NCBI GenBank assembly: GCA_963724295.1
Contig: CAVRUC010000002.1
Location: 320,001-384,000 of the forward strand
Direction: 5' to 3'
DNA length: 64,000 bases
Source of the DNA: an uncultured Chloroflexia bacterium
GTDB taxonomy: Bacteria > Chloroflexota > Chloroflexia > Thermomicrobiales > UBA6265
Shown piece by piece: positions 54,495-64,000 of the stretch; within the stretch, counting starts at the first letter, position 1; each line of letters begins with the position of its first letter. The position numbers and the translations under genes are program-made. The notes beneath the pieces are model-generated. The model was not told the origin of the DNA. It made no database searches and was given only the letters and a program-made list of their open reading frames with translations.

Positions 54495-54740
54495 ACGGTG
54501 AGGCGCGACCGCAACACCGCATCTGGCGAACGATGGAGCTGGCGGCGATGATGAGCCCGGTGATCCACTCGGGCTTCGACCAGGTGACGCCGTTGTCAAA
54601 CACCCACCCAAGCGCCTGGCTTGACATCCTCGCTCCTCCTCATCAGACCGGCCAATTCGACCGCGAAACCGGTCTACTCGTCGTGGATGATCACGTGCGC
54701 CTGTCAGAGGTGGCGCTGGTGGCGAGCCACACGCCGCTGA

Positions 54741-55040
54741 TCACGTGGCGGGCGACTGCTCGAGCGGTTTCAGGCTCTGGCACGCGATCTCCACATAGAG
54801 TCCACGGCCGTCCACAACGCGGCAGACGTGGCCGCCGTCGTAGACCATGAGCACGACCGAGGTGCCCTTGGCCAGTTCGCCATCCGGGACCGCGGCTCCT
54901 TCCAGAGTGGTGTATGAGAATGGTTGATCGCTGGTCAGGGTGTGGGTGAACGTGTTCGGCGCAGGCACGATGAGATTGCGGTCGGGCACCACGGCGTTCT
55001 CAGGTAAGACCGTGCTCGGAGGCCTGAGAAACCCTTCCAT
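54741..55040 (-). CDS. Hypothetical protein downstream of the metallopeptidase
   Basis: GAGGAGG RBS; 99-aa ORF. Confidence 0.7.
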   Translation of the reverse strand: MEGFLRPPSTVLPENAVVPDRNLIVPAPNTFTHTLTSDQPFSYTTLEGAAVPDGELAKGTSVVLMVYDGGHVCRVVDGRGLYVEIACQSLKPLEQSPAT

Positions 55041-55106
55041 CGCCGTGGCGCCCTCCTCGTTGATCCGTCCGCATTAGAGAGCAGGCATCGGTTCTCCGAC
55101 GGCAGC

Positions 55107-55973
55107 TTACCGAAGACTATCCTCCGCGAGCCGGACCGGAATGACAGGCAGGATGATTCCTCGGTCGATCGGAGCAACATGGGGCGTGAGTCCTCCCGCC
55201 TCCGCGATGGCCTGGAGATCGGGCAGGGCGTAGGGCTCGGCAGCGCTGATATCCACCTGATACCCCATGTCCTGGAGACTGGCGACGGTCAACCGGCTCA
55301 TGGGATTGGGCGGCACATCGATAAACCCCGTCATCAACTCATTGTTGAAGACCGCCTCGCGCCAGTGCGAGCCTGCCGTCCCGGGCCCGCCGGTGTTCTC
55401 GACCGGCACCGGCTGTGGGGCGACGTCGCGAAGCGTTCCGTACTCCCGCATCGCATGCTGCCCGATGAAGACCGGATTGTTCGGGCCATCCTGCCGAGTC
55501 AGGCCCTTCTCCGACCAGATGGTGCCACTCCCGAGGACATGACCCATCTCATGCACAATGACGTCGTTGAGCGTCCCCGCTTCCTCCATCTGCGCGAGGT
55601 CCGCGGTATCGAAGGTCATAATCCCTTTAGCAGGGATCAATGCGGCGGCACCGGCATTGAGTGGCCGTAAGAAGGTGGGACCCGCCTGTCCCAGCACCTT
55701 GTTGGGACCGTCGATGTCCGCGCCCTGTGCCAGAATCAGCACGTCGTCGATGACATCGCCCTCGACCAGCACATCCGGCAGATCCCCGATAATTACTCGT
55801 ACCCAGCGGTCAGCCGCAGCCTTGAAGGCATCCCTCTGCGCCTGGGTCAATCCACCGATGAACTTGACCTCGATCGTGAACGGCGATGCTACGCCCGCCG
55901 CGGCGGCGACCGCTGGTGGCGCCGCTGCGCGATAGACCTCCGTCGAGTCACTGAATGTCTGCCTGGTATCCAT
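55107..55973 (-). CDS. Leishmanolysin-like zinc metalloendopeptidase
   Basis: HEMGHVLG, GTAGSHWRE and NELMTG motifs; AAGGAG RBS. Confidence 0.88.
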   Translation of the reverse strand: MDTRQTFSDSTEVYRAAAPPAVAAAAGVASPFTIEVKFIGGLTQAQRDAFKAAADRWVRVIIGDLPDVLVEGDVIDDVLILAQGADIDGPNKVLGQAGPTFLRPLNAGAAALIPAKGIMTFDTADLAQMEEAGTLNDVIVHEMGHVLGSGTIWSEKGLTRQDGPNNPVFIGQHAMREYGTLRDVAPQPVPVENTGGPGTAGSHWREAVFNNELMTGFIDVPPNPMSRLTVASLQDMGYQVDISAAEPYALPDLQAIAEAGGLTPHVAPIDRGIILPVIPVRLAEDSLR

Positions 55974-56040
55974 GGCCGAACGCTCCTTCTGCTGGTGAAC
56001 CTCGTAATTCTGGGTGGCTTCGCCGAAGTTGGCGAGTCTA

Positions 56041-56949
56041 GAGGGTGTCTGAAAAGGGTATAGGATGGGGGCGAAGCCTGGATGGTAGTCGTTTTGTCTG
56101 GAGACGACCATGGCCCGCCGTCGCTATCCATCCGACCTGACCGATGCCCAGTGGATGCGCCTCGAACCGATGCTCCCACCTGCGGTGCCGGGTGGTCGAC
56201 CACGCACCCATTCCTCTCGGGACGTGATGGACGCGCTGCGCTACGTGCTGCGGGGTGGCATCGCCTGGCGGGCTCTCCCGCATGAGTATCCCCCCTGGCA
56301 GACGGTCTATCACTATTTCCGGATGTGGCGACGGGATGGCACCTGGGAGCGGCTCAACGACGAGCTGCGCGACCTGGTGCGGGAGCGGGCCGGACGCAAC
56401 CGGCAGCCCACGGCGGCCATTCTCGATAGCCAGTCGGCCAAGACCACCGAAAAAGGGGGGTCCGGGGCTACGACGGGGCCAAGAAACTGAACGGGCGCAA
56501 GCGCCATCTGCTGGTGGATACGACCGGACTGGTGCTCACGGCCGTGGTACATCCGGCTGACGTGAGCGATCGCGACGGGGCCGTTCAGGTGCTCACGCAT
56601 CTCACCGACCGCTTCCCGACGCTCCGCCACCTCTGGGTTGATGCCGGGTATGCGGGTAGGACGGTGACCTGGATTGAGCAGACCCACGGGCTCAGCGTGA
56701 GCGTAGTGCGCAAGCCCCGGGGCTGGATGCGGGTGCCCGTGGACCAGGACCTGCCACTGCAGCCAGCGGGCTTTCACGTCTTGCCCCGGCGCTGGGTCGT
56801 CGAGCGCACCTTCGCCTGGCTAGGTCGGTACCGACGATTGAGCAAGGACTACGAGGTCCTTCCTGCCACCGAGGAGGCCTGGATTCACCTCGCCATGACC
56901 AGCCTCATGCTTGCGCGACTGGCTTCATGACCCCTTTTCAGACACCCTC
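56041..56949 (+). mobile_element. IS5-family insertion sequence, 909 bp
   Basis: Perfect 18-bp terminal inverted repeats GAGGGTGTCTGAAAAGGG; TA duplication in a CTAG target. Confidence 0.95.
56110..56930 (+). CDS. IS5-family transposase in two ORFs joined by a probable programmed -1 frameshift
   Basis: YPSDLTDAQW, DSQS and RWVVERTFAWL motifs; AAAAAGGGGGG at 56450-56460. Confidence 0.92.
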
Positions 56950-57594
56950 TAGGACTCAATCGGAGACACCTCCTTTCGCCCCTCGATCCTGTTCCACCCA
57001 TTCCGAGGTCCGAGGCCTGAATCCGTGACAGCGCAGTGCACCCCCATGCGAGAAATCACGCGCTTGGCAACGAGCTGTTCATCCTGAGACCCGTCGATGC
57101 GCTGGAACCCTTCGATATCGTCGAGGTGCATGCCCAGGGTGACGACAAAGGGCCGCCGTCGCCGCATGCAGGCGCGGTGACCACACCCCAATAACGCCCA
57201 TTATCCGCAAAGGACGCGGTATATCGACGGCGGCCGGGACGGCACGGTGGATCCGGCAATCCTGACCGCCGCGACGCCGCCCCCGAACGGGCGTCTCCCC
57301 ATCGACGCCTCCTCCCAAGGCACCCAAACTGAGACGCTACCGCTGTACCTGCCGTGGCCATCATCCCGTAAGCCAGCCGCGGAACCCGCGATGGACGCGC
57401 ATGGCGTGCACCGGGTTCGCACGAGGCTCCGCCTCATCGCGTCCAGCGCGATCCCCGGGCGACGCCCGTGACGTGACATGGACGATTGGACGCCCTTGAC
57501 AGCGTAGTGGCTGGGTATAGGCTTGCGCGAGTCCGTGTCGAATCCGCCGCGTGGTGGCAGACCGATATCGCGTGAGAGTGCCAGGAGATCGTCA

Positions 57595-59099
57595 ATGACC
57601 GCAGCAGCGATGGGCGCTTGGTCCCCCCATACCACCCGGCGTGACGTGCTGAAGGTCGGGCTCGCCGCAACCGGCACGCTCCTCATTCCCTCCGCATCGG
57701 CCCGTGGACAGAGTGCCACACCGTCTGCATCTCCGGTCGCAGGTCTCACCGAGGAGCAGCGTGGCTGGCTGGAGCGGGCCTCGCGCAACGACGTCAACGG
57801 CTGGGTCCACCTCAAGATCGCGGGCGCTCCATTCGAGCGCGGATTCCAGCACGGCTACCTGGTGGCGGCCGAATACGCCGACGCTCTGCGGGTCTATGAG
57901 GCGATGACCTATCAGACGATGGGCTTCGACTACAGCTTCTTCGCCGAGAAGGCGGTCGAGTTTCACAAGTCGAAGATCACACCCGAGCTGACCGAAGAGA
58001 TGGAGGGCATCGCCGCGGGTCTCACGGCAGCCGGGGTTCCAACCACCTTCGACGACATCATCGGCTGGAACGCGTATAGGAGATAACCGGCTACTGGTGG
58101 CCGACGGTTGCCAGCCAGTACGCCAATGATGCGCCGAACGGCAACCGCAAGAGCCATTGCTCGGCGTTCATCGCCACCGGCTCGGCGACGACTGATGGCC
58201 GCATCGTCATCGGCCACCAATCGTTCACCGAGTTCTGGAATGGCCAGTTCATGAACGTCATCCTCGACATCACACCCACCGATGGGTATCGCATCGTGAT
58301 GCAGACCAGTCCGGGCTGGGTTGCCAGCATGACCGATTTCTGGGTCACCGGCGGTGGCATGGTGGTGGTCGAGACGACGATGGTTGGTTACGAGGGGTAC
58401 GACACGAGCAAGGTTCCGGAGTACGTCCGCGCCCGCAACGCCTGCCAGTTCGCCACCTCGATCGACGAGTGGGTGAAACTGATGGACACGGAGGACAACG
58501 GCGGTTACGCCAACATGTGGCTGATCGGCGACATCAAGACCGGGGAGATCGCCGACTACGAGCAGGGGCTGATCTACCAGGACCTCAAGAAGAAGACGGA
58601 CGGCTGGTTCTTCGGGGATAACGCCCCGGATGACCCGCGCATTCGCAACGTGGAGAGCAGCGACACGGGGTACAACGACGTCCGCCAGCAGACGGGAGCG
58701 CGCCGGGTGCGCTGGCCGCAGCTCCTTGGTCAATACGAGGGTCGCATCGATGAACACGTCGGGCAGACGATGCTCGCGGACACCTTCGATCCCTATCTCG
58801 GCTACATCAACCCCTCGTCACGCACCATCTGCTCCCACTACGACGTCGACCCGATGTATTACGTCAGCGATCCGAACGCGGTCTGGAATGTCCCGTTCTA
58901 CCCGGCCGGATCGGTCGACGGGAAGGTGACGACGGCCGCGGCGGCCGAAGAGATGACCATGTGGGGGATCTTCGGCCGTGCCGACGGCGCCCCCTTCGAT
59001 GCCGAGGAGTTTCTGCGGCTGCACCCACAGTGGAATTGGGGGGAGGGCCTTCTCTACAGTCGCCCGTCCCAGCCGTGGACGGAATTCCCGGGGGAGTAG
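57595..59099 (+). CDS. Tat-exported C45 peptidase / phospholipase-B-like Ntn hydrolase; frameshift near 58080
   Basis: TRRDVL signal; ERGFQHG; HCSAFIATG nucleophile motif; NGGYANMWLIGD. Confidence 0.8.
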
Positions 59100-59487
59100 C
59101 CGGCGCGTACGATACCCAGAATTCAAGTCAGCCGAGGGTATTCGGGCAAATTCCCACTCGATGACGCACGCTTCGTCGTGACTCAACCTGGCCTAGCCGG
59201 GCGGGGTCTGCGTGAGTGACTCGACTGGCTGATCCAACCGGGCGGCACCAGACCGCCGCATCCAGTACTTGGCCGGATCCGGCGTGACAGGTGGTTCCAG
59301 CAGCGTCCCACGTCGAGAGATCTTGACCGCTCCCGGCTCGGACCAGTCACACATTCGAAATAGGATTCGTATTCGGGTCTCGCGCTGCTCAGCGCACTAA
59401 TACCCAACTAATACTGCCCTCCTATCGTCATGACGGGGATCGCCGGAGATGGGCGATCCGGACAGTACGCACGACGGGAGGCATCCC

Positions 59488-60119
59488 ATGGCAGTGAACA
59501 GAGGACGGGCTCTACGGCACCTCGGCCGCATGAGCCTGGTGTTCGCCTATCTGGTCGAGGCGATGACGCATCCCCTCCCTTCCACGCAGGCGGCCCAGAC
59601 CTGCTTCGGCAAGGCCGCGACGATTGCCGACCATCACGGGGACATCGCAGGCACCGCTGGCGACGACGTCATGATCGGCGACGACGGCGACAACGACTTC
59701 GAGAGCAACGGGGGTACCGACTACATCTGTGGCCTCGGTGGCGACGACATGGTCGGCTACCAGTTCAATGCCGTCATCTACGCGGAGGGCGGACCCGGCA
59801 ATGACTGGCTGCTCGGCGGCAACAGCGGCAACGAGCTCCACGGCGGTGGCGGCGCCGACCAGCTCGACGGCCACAACGGCCTCGACCTCCTCTATGGCGA
59901 CGGCGGGAACGATCTCCTCTTTGGCGCGGCGGTCAGGACTTCATCCATGGCGGCAACGGCCAGGACGACCTCTACGGCGGCGACGGCAATGACCACCTCT
60001 TCGGTGAGGGTGACCCCGACCGGCTCATCGGTGGTGACGGTTTTGACGCCTTTAGTGGTGGCGGCGGCGCCGACAAGTGCTACACCGGGGCCTTCTCCGA
60101 TGGCTTCTTCGACTGTTGA
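59488..60119 (+). CDS. Ca-binding GGxGxD repeat protein; frameshift near 59925
   Basis: CFGKAATI, GLGGDD and GGPGND repeats continuing in a second frame to DKC...FDC stop. Confidence 0.75.
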
Positions 60120-60179
60120 AGCAGCACCGACTGATGACACCGCAAGGCACAGAGAGGCAGCACCCGCCAGGGGAGCGCG

Positions 60180-60422
60180 TCAATCGAAAGGCGCGGAAAT
60201 GGACGGCTGACGCTTCAATGCCCTCACAAAGAAGCTCGTTGCCGCCTGCTCGCGGCTCACGATCCACCCGACCTTGCACCGCCCCTTCGGGGTGCAGGGC
60301 GGGCGAGCATCCTCAAGCCGATCCGGGAACGCATAGCAGCGGTCACTGCCAACGCAGACCCACGCATCCGCTTTCGCCATCGCCGTGGCGATCATCTCCT
60401 CGGTAAGGTCCGGTTCGGTCAC
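60180..60422 (-). CDS. Small Cys-rich hypothetical protein divergent from XRE
   Basis: 80-aa ORF with 4 Cys; purine-rich run upstream. Confidence 0.4.
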   Translation of the reverse strand: MTEPDLTEEMIATAMAKADAWVCVGSDRCYAFPDRLEDARPPCTPKGRCKVGWIVSREQAATSFFVRALKRQPSISAPFD

Positions 60423-60472
60423 GTCGCTCGCCCCCTACCAGTCGTCGGAGTTGAAACCACCCGCAAACTCAC

Positions 60473-60502
60473 TTGCCGAGCCTTATTGCGCTATTGTATA
60501 AT
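60473..60502 (+). promoter_or_regulatory. Sigma70 promoter for the xre-recombinase operon
   Basis: TTGCCG 60473-60478, 18 bp, TATAAT 60497-60502. Confidence 0.65.
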
Positions 60503-60535
60503 ACACTCATGCGAAATGGCATAGAGGAGCGAGTG

Positions 60536-60802
60536 ATGGCACCGGGAACGTCGAGCAACCGGCTCGCGACAGCGCCGCCTGAGTGGCGGCACGCGATCCG
60601 CGAGCGCCGGGAGGCGGCTGGACTGAACCAGCGCGAACTCGCTCGCCGTACTGGGTTGACGCCGGAGTATTTGAACGCCATCGAGCGCGGACCCCGCCGG
60701 CCGGGCGTCCTCACGCTCGTCCGCATCGCCCGAGCGCTGGGCGTGACGATTGACGATCTCATCGTCGTCGACGACGAAGCAATGGGAGAGGGCACCTCAT
60801 GA
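60536..60802 (+). CDS. XRE-family HTH regulator
   Basis: IRERREAAGLNQRELARRTG...IERG...IARALGV; ATGA overlap with the recombinase. Confidence 0.9.
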   Translation: MAPGTSSNRLATAPPEWRHAIRERREAAGLNQRELARRTGLTPEYLNAIERGPRRPGVLTLVRIARALGVTIDDLIVVDDEAMGEGTS

Positions 60803-62318
60803 GCGAGATCAATCGGGTCCACATCTACTGCCGCGTCAGTAGCGCCGGCCAAGAAGACAACACCAGCCTCGACACGCAGGAAGCCGCCTGCCGCACCTGG
60901 GCGAGCGGTCGCGACCTCGCCGTCGCCAGCGTCGCGCGCGAGGTCTGGTCGGGGGCGGACCGGCACCGACCGCAGCTTGATGCCGTGCTCGATCGGCTCA
61001 GCGCGGGCGAGACGCTGCTCTGTTACGCGCTGGACCGGCTCTCCCGCTCCCAGATCGACACGGCGATCCTCGTTGACCGCGTAGAGTCGGTCGGCGCGTC
61101 GCTCGCGCTCGTCACCGAAGATTTCGAGAAGTCGGCGACCGGCACGTTTTTACGCGGCGCGAAGGCGTTTGCCGCCGAACTTGAACGCGAGAAGATTGCC
61201 GAGCGCACCCAGCGCGGTCGTCGTGCGCGCGTTGCCAGTGGCAAACCGCTGGCCGGACCGAAAGCGCCGTACGGCTACCAGTGGGCCGACGACACGAAGG
61301 CGACGCTGATCCATGATCCCGAGACCGCACCGACCGTGCGCCTAATCTTCGATCTCGCGCTCGCGGGCGTCTCGCTCCGCCAGATCAGTGACCGGCTGGC
61401 CGCGCAGGGTATCCCGGCCTCGTCCGGCGCGGCACGCTGGCAACCGTCATCCCTACGCGAGATCCTGCTGCGACCGACGTACGCGGGCATGGTCGTCGCG
61501 TACGCCGCGACGGAGCAGCCGGTGCTCTTGCCCGATGTCGCCGAGCCGATGGTGACGGCGGCGGAGTTCGCGGCGGCGGGGTCGCGCCTTGAAGCGAACA
61601 AACGGTTGAGCACGCGCCGCAATGCCCACCCCGAGTGGTCGCTGTTGCGCGCCGGGTACATCGTCTGCGGTCACTGTGGCTGGGCGCTGAGCGTCACGAA
61701 TCCTGGCAGTCGTAGCCTCAGCCCGCAGTACCGCTGCACGGCACAACGCCAGCATGGTCCCGCCTGCCCGCGACCGACCATCACCGCGAGCATGGTCGAT
61801 CCCGAGGTCTGGCGGCACGTCGCGGGCGTCTTACCGATCCGCAGGTCGTGGCGCGGGAAGTCGCGCGTCGCCGCGACGACGGCGGTCTCGATCGCGATCT
61901 GGCGGCACTCGACCGGCGCATCGCCGCGCTGATCGACCGGCAGTCGCGCATCGCTCGTCGCGTCAGCACGATCGACGACGACGTGGTCGCAGCCCCGCTG
62001 CTGGTCGAGTTGAAGGCGATCGGCACCGAGAAAGCCGCGACCGAGCGAGAGCGCGACGATCTCCAGCGACGCATCGACGACCGCGCCGAGGAAGATGCGC
62101 GCGTGCAATCGCTGGCTGACTGGTGCTCCCGCGTCGGCGCGAATCTCGATCAGATGACCTACGACGAGAAGCGGCTGGCGATCGATGCGCTGGGCGTCAA
62201 GGTGCGCGCCTATCGAAAGGGGAGCGTCGATGCGGACGGCACGCCGCATCCGCGCTGGACATTGACGATGACGCCGGTCAGTACCGAGCCAGGGACTCTG
62301 TACAGTTCTTTACGTTGA
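60799..62318 (+). CDS. Large serine recombinase (integrase); frameshift near 61832
   Basis: YCRVSS catalytic Ser; DRLSR; APYGY; CGHCG zinc ribbon; coiled-coil C-terminus in ORF 61848-62318. Confidence 0.92.
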
Positions 62319-62664
62319 CCTGCTCCTCCCATGCGCCATCGCTGACCTTCCAGAAGTGGCCGCGGATGCTCATGCCGGCATTGTTGACGAGGATGTCGAG
62401 GCGAGGGATCAGACGCAGCGCCGCCTCGGCCAGCCGGTGCGCCTCGCTCACGCGCGCCAGGTCGGCCGGAACCCCCCAGGCTTCGACGCCGAGTCCACGC
62501 ATCGCGGCAACGGATCGCTCGATCGCGTCCTGGTCACGCCCGGAGACGACGATATTGGCGCCCTCTCGCGCCAACCATTCGGCGATCGTCCGACCGATGC
62601 CGCGGGTGCTGCCGGTGACGAGAGCGGTTTGACCGGCCAGGCGCCGCGGGGACGGCTCACTCAA
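62312..62664 (-). pseudogene. 5' half of the short-chain dehydrogenase split by the element
   Basis: LVTGSTRGIG, DILVNNAG and WEEQVNV, then unrelated sequence. Confidence 0.92.
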
Positions 62665-62673
62665 GATGAGCCG

Positions 62674-64000
62674 TCATCCTGTTCGCTTCGGGTCCAGCTT
62701 GGCTCCGGATTCGCTTTGCGCCTGTAGGAGGTGTTCCAACTCTTCTACTGTGAGCGGCGGCGCCAGGTGCCGTCCCTGGGCGCGGTCGCATCCGAGCTCA
62801 CGCAACACGGCGAGCTGCTCCCCATTTTCCACGGCTCCCGCCGTGACGTGCAGACCGATAGCTTTCGCCATGCCGACCAGCGCTCGCACGATGTCGATGT
62901 CGTGTTGGTCGTTTCCGATCCTGGAGACGCATGAGCCGTCGATTTTGAGGTCGTCGACCCGGAAGCGAGTCAGCGAGCCGAGGGCGGCCAACCCCTTCCC
63001 GAAGTCGTCGATGGTGACCTTCACCCCTAGTCGCTTCAGCTCGTCGAGCGTCGACGCGATGTCCACCGAGTTGGCGAGCGCATCACCCTCCTTGAGCTCC
63101 AGGGCCAGACGCTCTGGAGCGAGACCCGATTTGCCGAGTGCCTCGGCGACGTCGCTCTCCAGGTCATCCTGTCGAAACTGGCGCGCCGACAGGTTCACGC
63201 TTACCTGCAGCGACCGAGCGGCTGGGTAGATGCTTTGCCAATGGCTGACCTGGCGACAGGCTTCCCCGATCACCCATCGACCGAGGGGTACGATCAAGCC
63301 CGTCTCATCAGCCAGCGGAATGAACTCAGACGGGTGGAGCAATCCTCGCTCGGGATGATCCCAGCGGAGCAAGGCCTCGACCGCGAGGATGCTACCCGAC
63401 GCGATGTCGACGATCGGCTGATAGGCGATGTGGAACTCATCCCGCTCCAGCGCCCGCCGTAGGTCGGCCTCTTGCTCCAACCGTTCCAACCCCTGGTGAT
63501 CGACGCTCGGGTCAAAGACCGCGGAGACGCCGCCGCCGGCGGCCTTGGCCCGGTAGAGCGCGACGTCGGCGGCTCGCAACAGGTCTTTCGGGGTGCGAAG
63601 ATCCGGAGACGCAATCGCGACCCCGATTGTGCCGCCGACCACCAGATCGTAACCCTTGACGTTGAACGGTCGACGCAACGCGGACAGGATCGTTTCGGCG
63701 ACCTGCTCGATTTGCCGCGGATGCGTGAACCGCTCCAGAACCGCGACAAACTCGTCACCGCCGAACCGGGCCAGCGAGCCTCGGTCGCTGACGAGGGGGG
63801 TCAGTCGTTGCGCGACGGCCACCAGGAGTTCATCACCGGCGGCGTGCCCGATCCCGTCATTGATGACCTTGAACCGGTCGAGGTCGAGAAAGAGGAGGGC
63901 CACGTTCGGACCTCCCGGCTGGCTCAGAACCGACTCGAGTCGGTCGATGCACAACCGGCGGTTGGGCAGACCCGTAAGTGAGTCATAGAAGGCGAGGTGC
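62674..64000 (-). CDS. GGDEF-EAL protein (5' end outside the window)
   Basis: DLDRFK, ARFGGDEF, VEALLRW and DDFG motifs. Confidence 0.92.
   Translation of the reverse strand, partial: HLAFYDSLTGLPNRRLCIDRLESVLSQPGGPNVALLFLDLDRFKVINDGIGHAAGDELLVAVAQRLTPLVSDRGSLARFGGDEFVAVLERFTHPRQIEQVAETILSALRRPFNVKGYDLVVGGTIGVAIASPDLRTPKDLLRAADVALYRAKAAGGGVSAVFDPSVDHQGLERLEQEADLRRALERDEFHIAYQPIVDIASGSILAVEALLRWDHPERGLLHPSEFIPLADETGLIVPLGRWVIGEACRQVSHWQSIYPAARSLQVSVNLSARQFRQDDLESDVAEALGKSGLAPERLALELKEGDALANSVDIASTLDELKRLGVKVTIDDFGKGLAALGSLTRFRVDDLKIDGSCVSRIGNDQHDIDIVRALVGMAKAIGLHVTAGAVENGEQLAVLRELGCDRAQGRHLAPPLTVEELEHLLQAQSESGAKLDPKRTG

Larger units (their letters stand above)
47668..62311. mobile_element. 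14.6 kb serine-recombinase integrative element inserted in an SDR gene
   Basis: SDR halves at both ends; shared AC core at 47666-47667 and 62312-62313; GTACA and TGTAC arms each 8 bp from the core; recombinase at the right end. Confidence 0.9.

Noticed and set aside
59140..59185. c-di-GMP-I riboswitch (GGCAAA...GACGCA)
   Set aside because: Lacks the GNRA-capped stem and GCAAAGC motif, and the relic copy does not conserve these bases.
47668..62311. Prophage or ICE
   Set aside because: No structural, packaging, lysis, relaxase or T4SS genes recognised.
47662..62321. 8-bp direct repeat GTTGACCT at both element ends as the att core or target duplication
   Set aside because: It would give WEEQVNLRS, two residues short of the usual SDR spacing, and breaks the attP symmetry. 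It is better explained by the GTCAAC-GTCAAC repeat within attB. Disfavoured, not excluded.

Overview
High-GC bacterial chromosome window. Gene content (Tat-exported proteins, GAAC-N4-GTTC SOS box, LuxR-ATPase, many sugar ABC systems) is compatible with Chloroflexota/Thermomicrobiales or a similar monoderm; this is inference. Bases 1-47.2 kb are mostly ordinary genes: three sugar ABC clusters, an amidase, a cysteine-synthase-family enzyme, a VapC module, PiT/DUF47, an ECF sigma-cupredoxin cluster, a PAS/GAF kinase and a LexA-box radical SAM gene. Several dispersed palindromic repeat families are also present. The main structure is a 14.6 kb element (47668-62311) with an XRE regulator and a large serine recombinase that splits a short-chain dehydrogenase gene in two. 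The junctions share a 2-bp core, and the reconstructed attP has symmetric TGTAC-N8-core-N8-GTACA arms. Excision would restore a 257-aa SDR in frame and give the recombinase a new 24-aa C-terminal tail, because the att site lies inside the 3' end of the recombinase gene. Cargo is mostly secreted or envelope proteins plus an intact IS5-family element; no phage or conjugation genes were seen. About ten otherwise intact genes carry single frameshifts, probably long-read indel errors, so pseudogene calls are uncertain.
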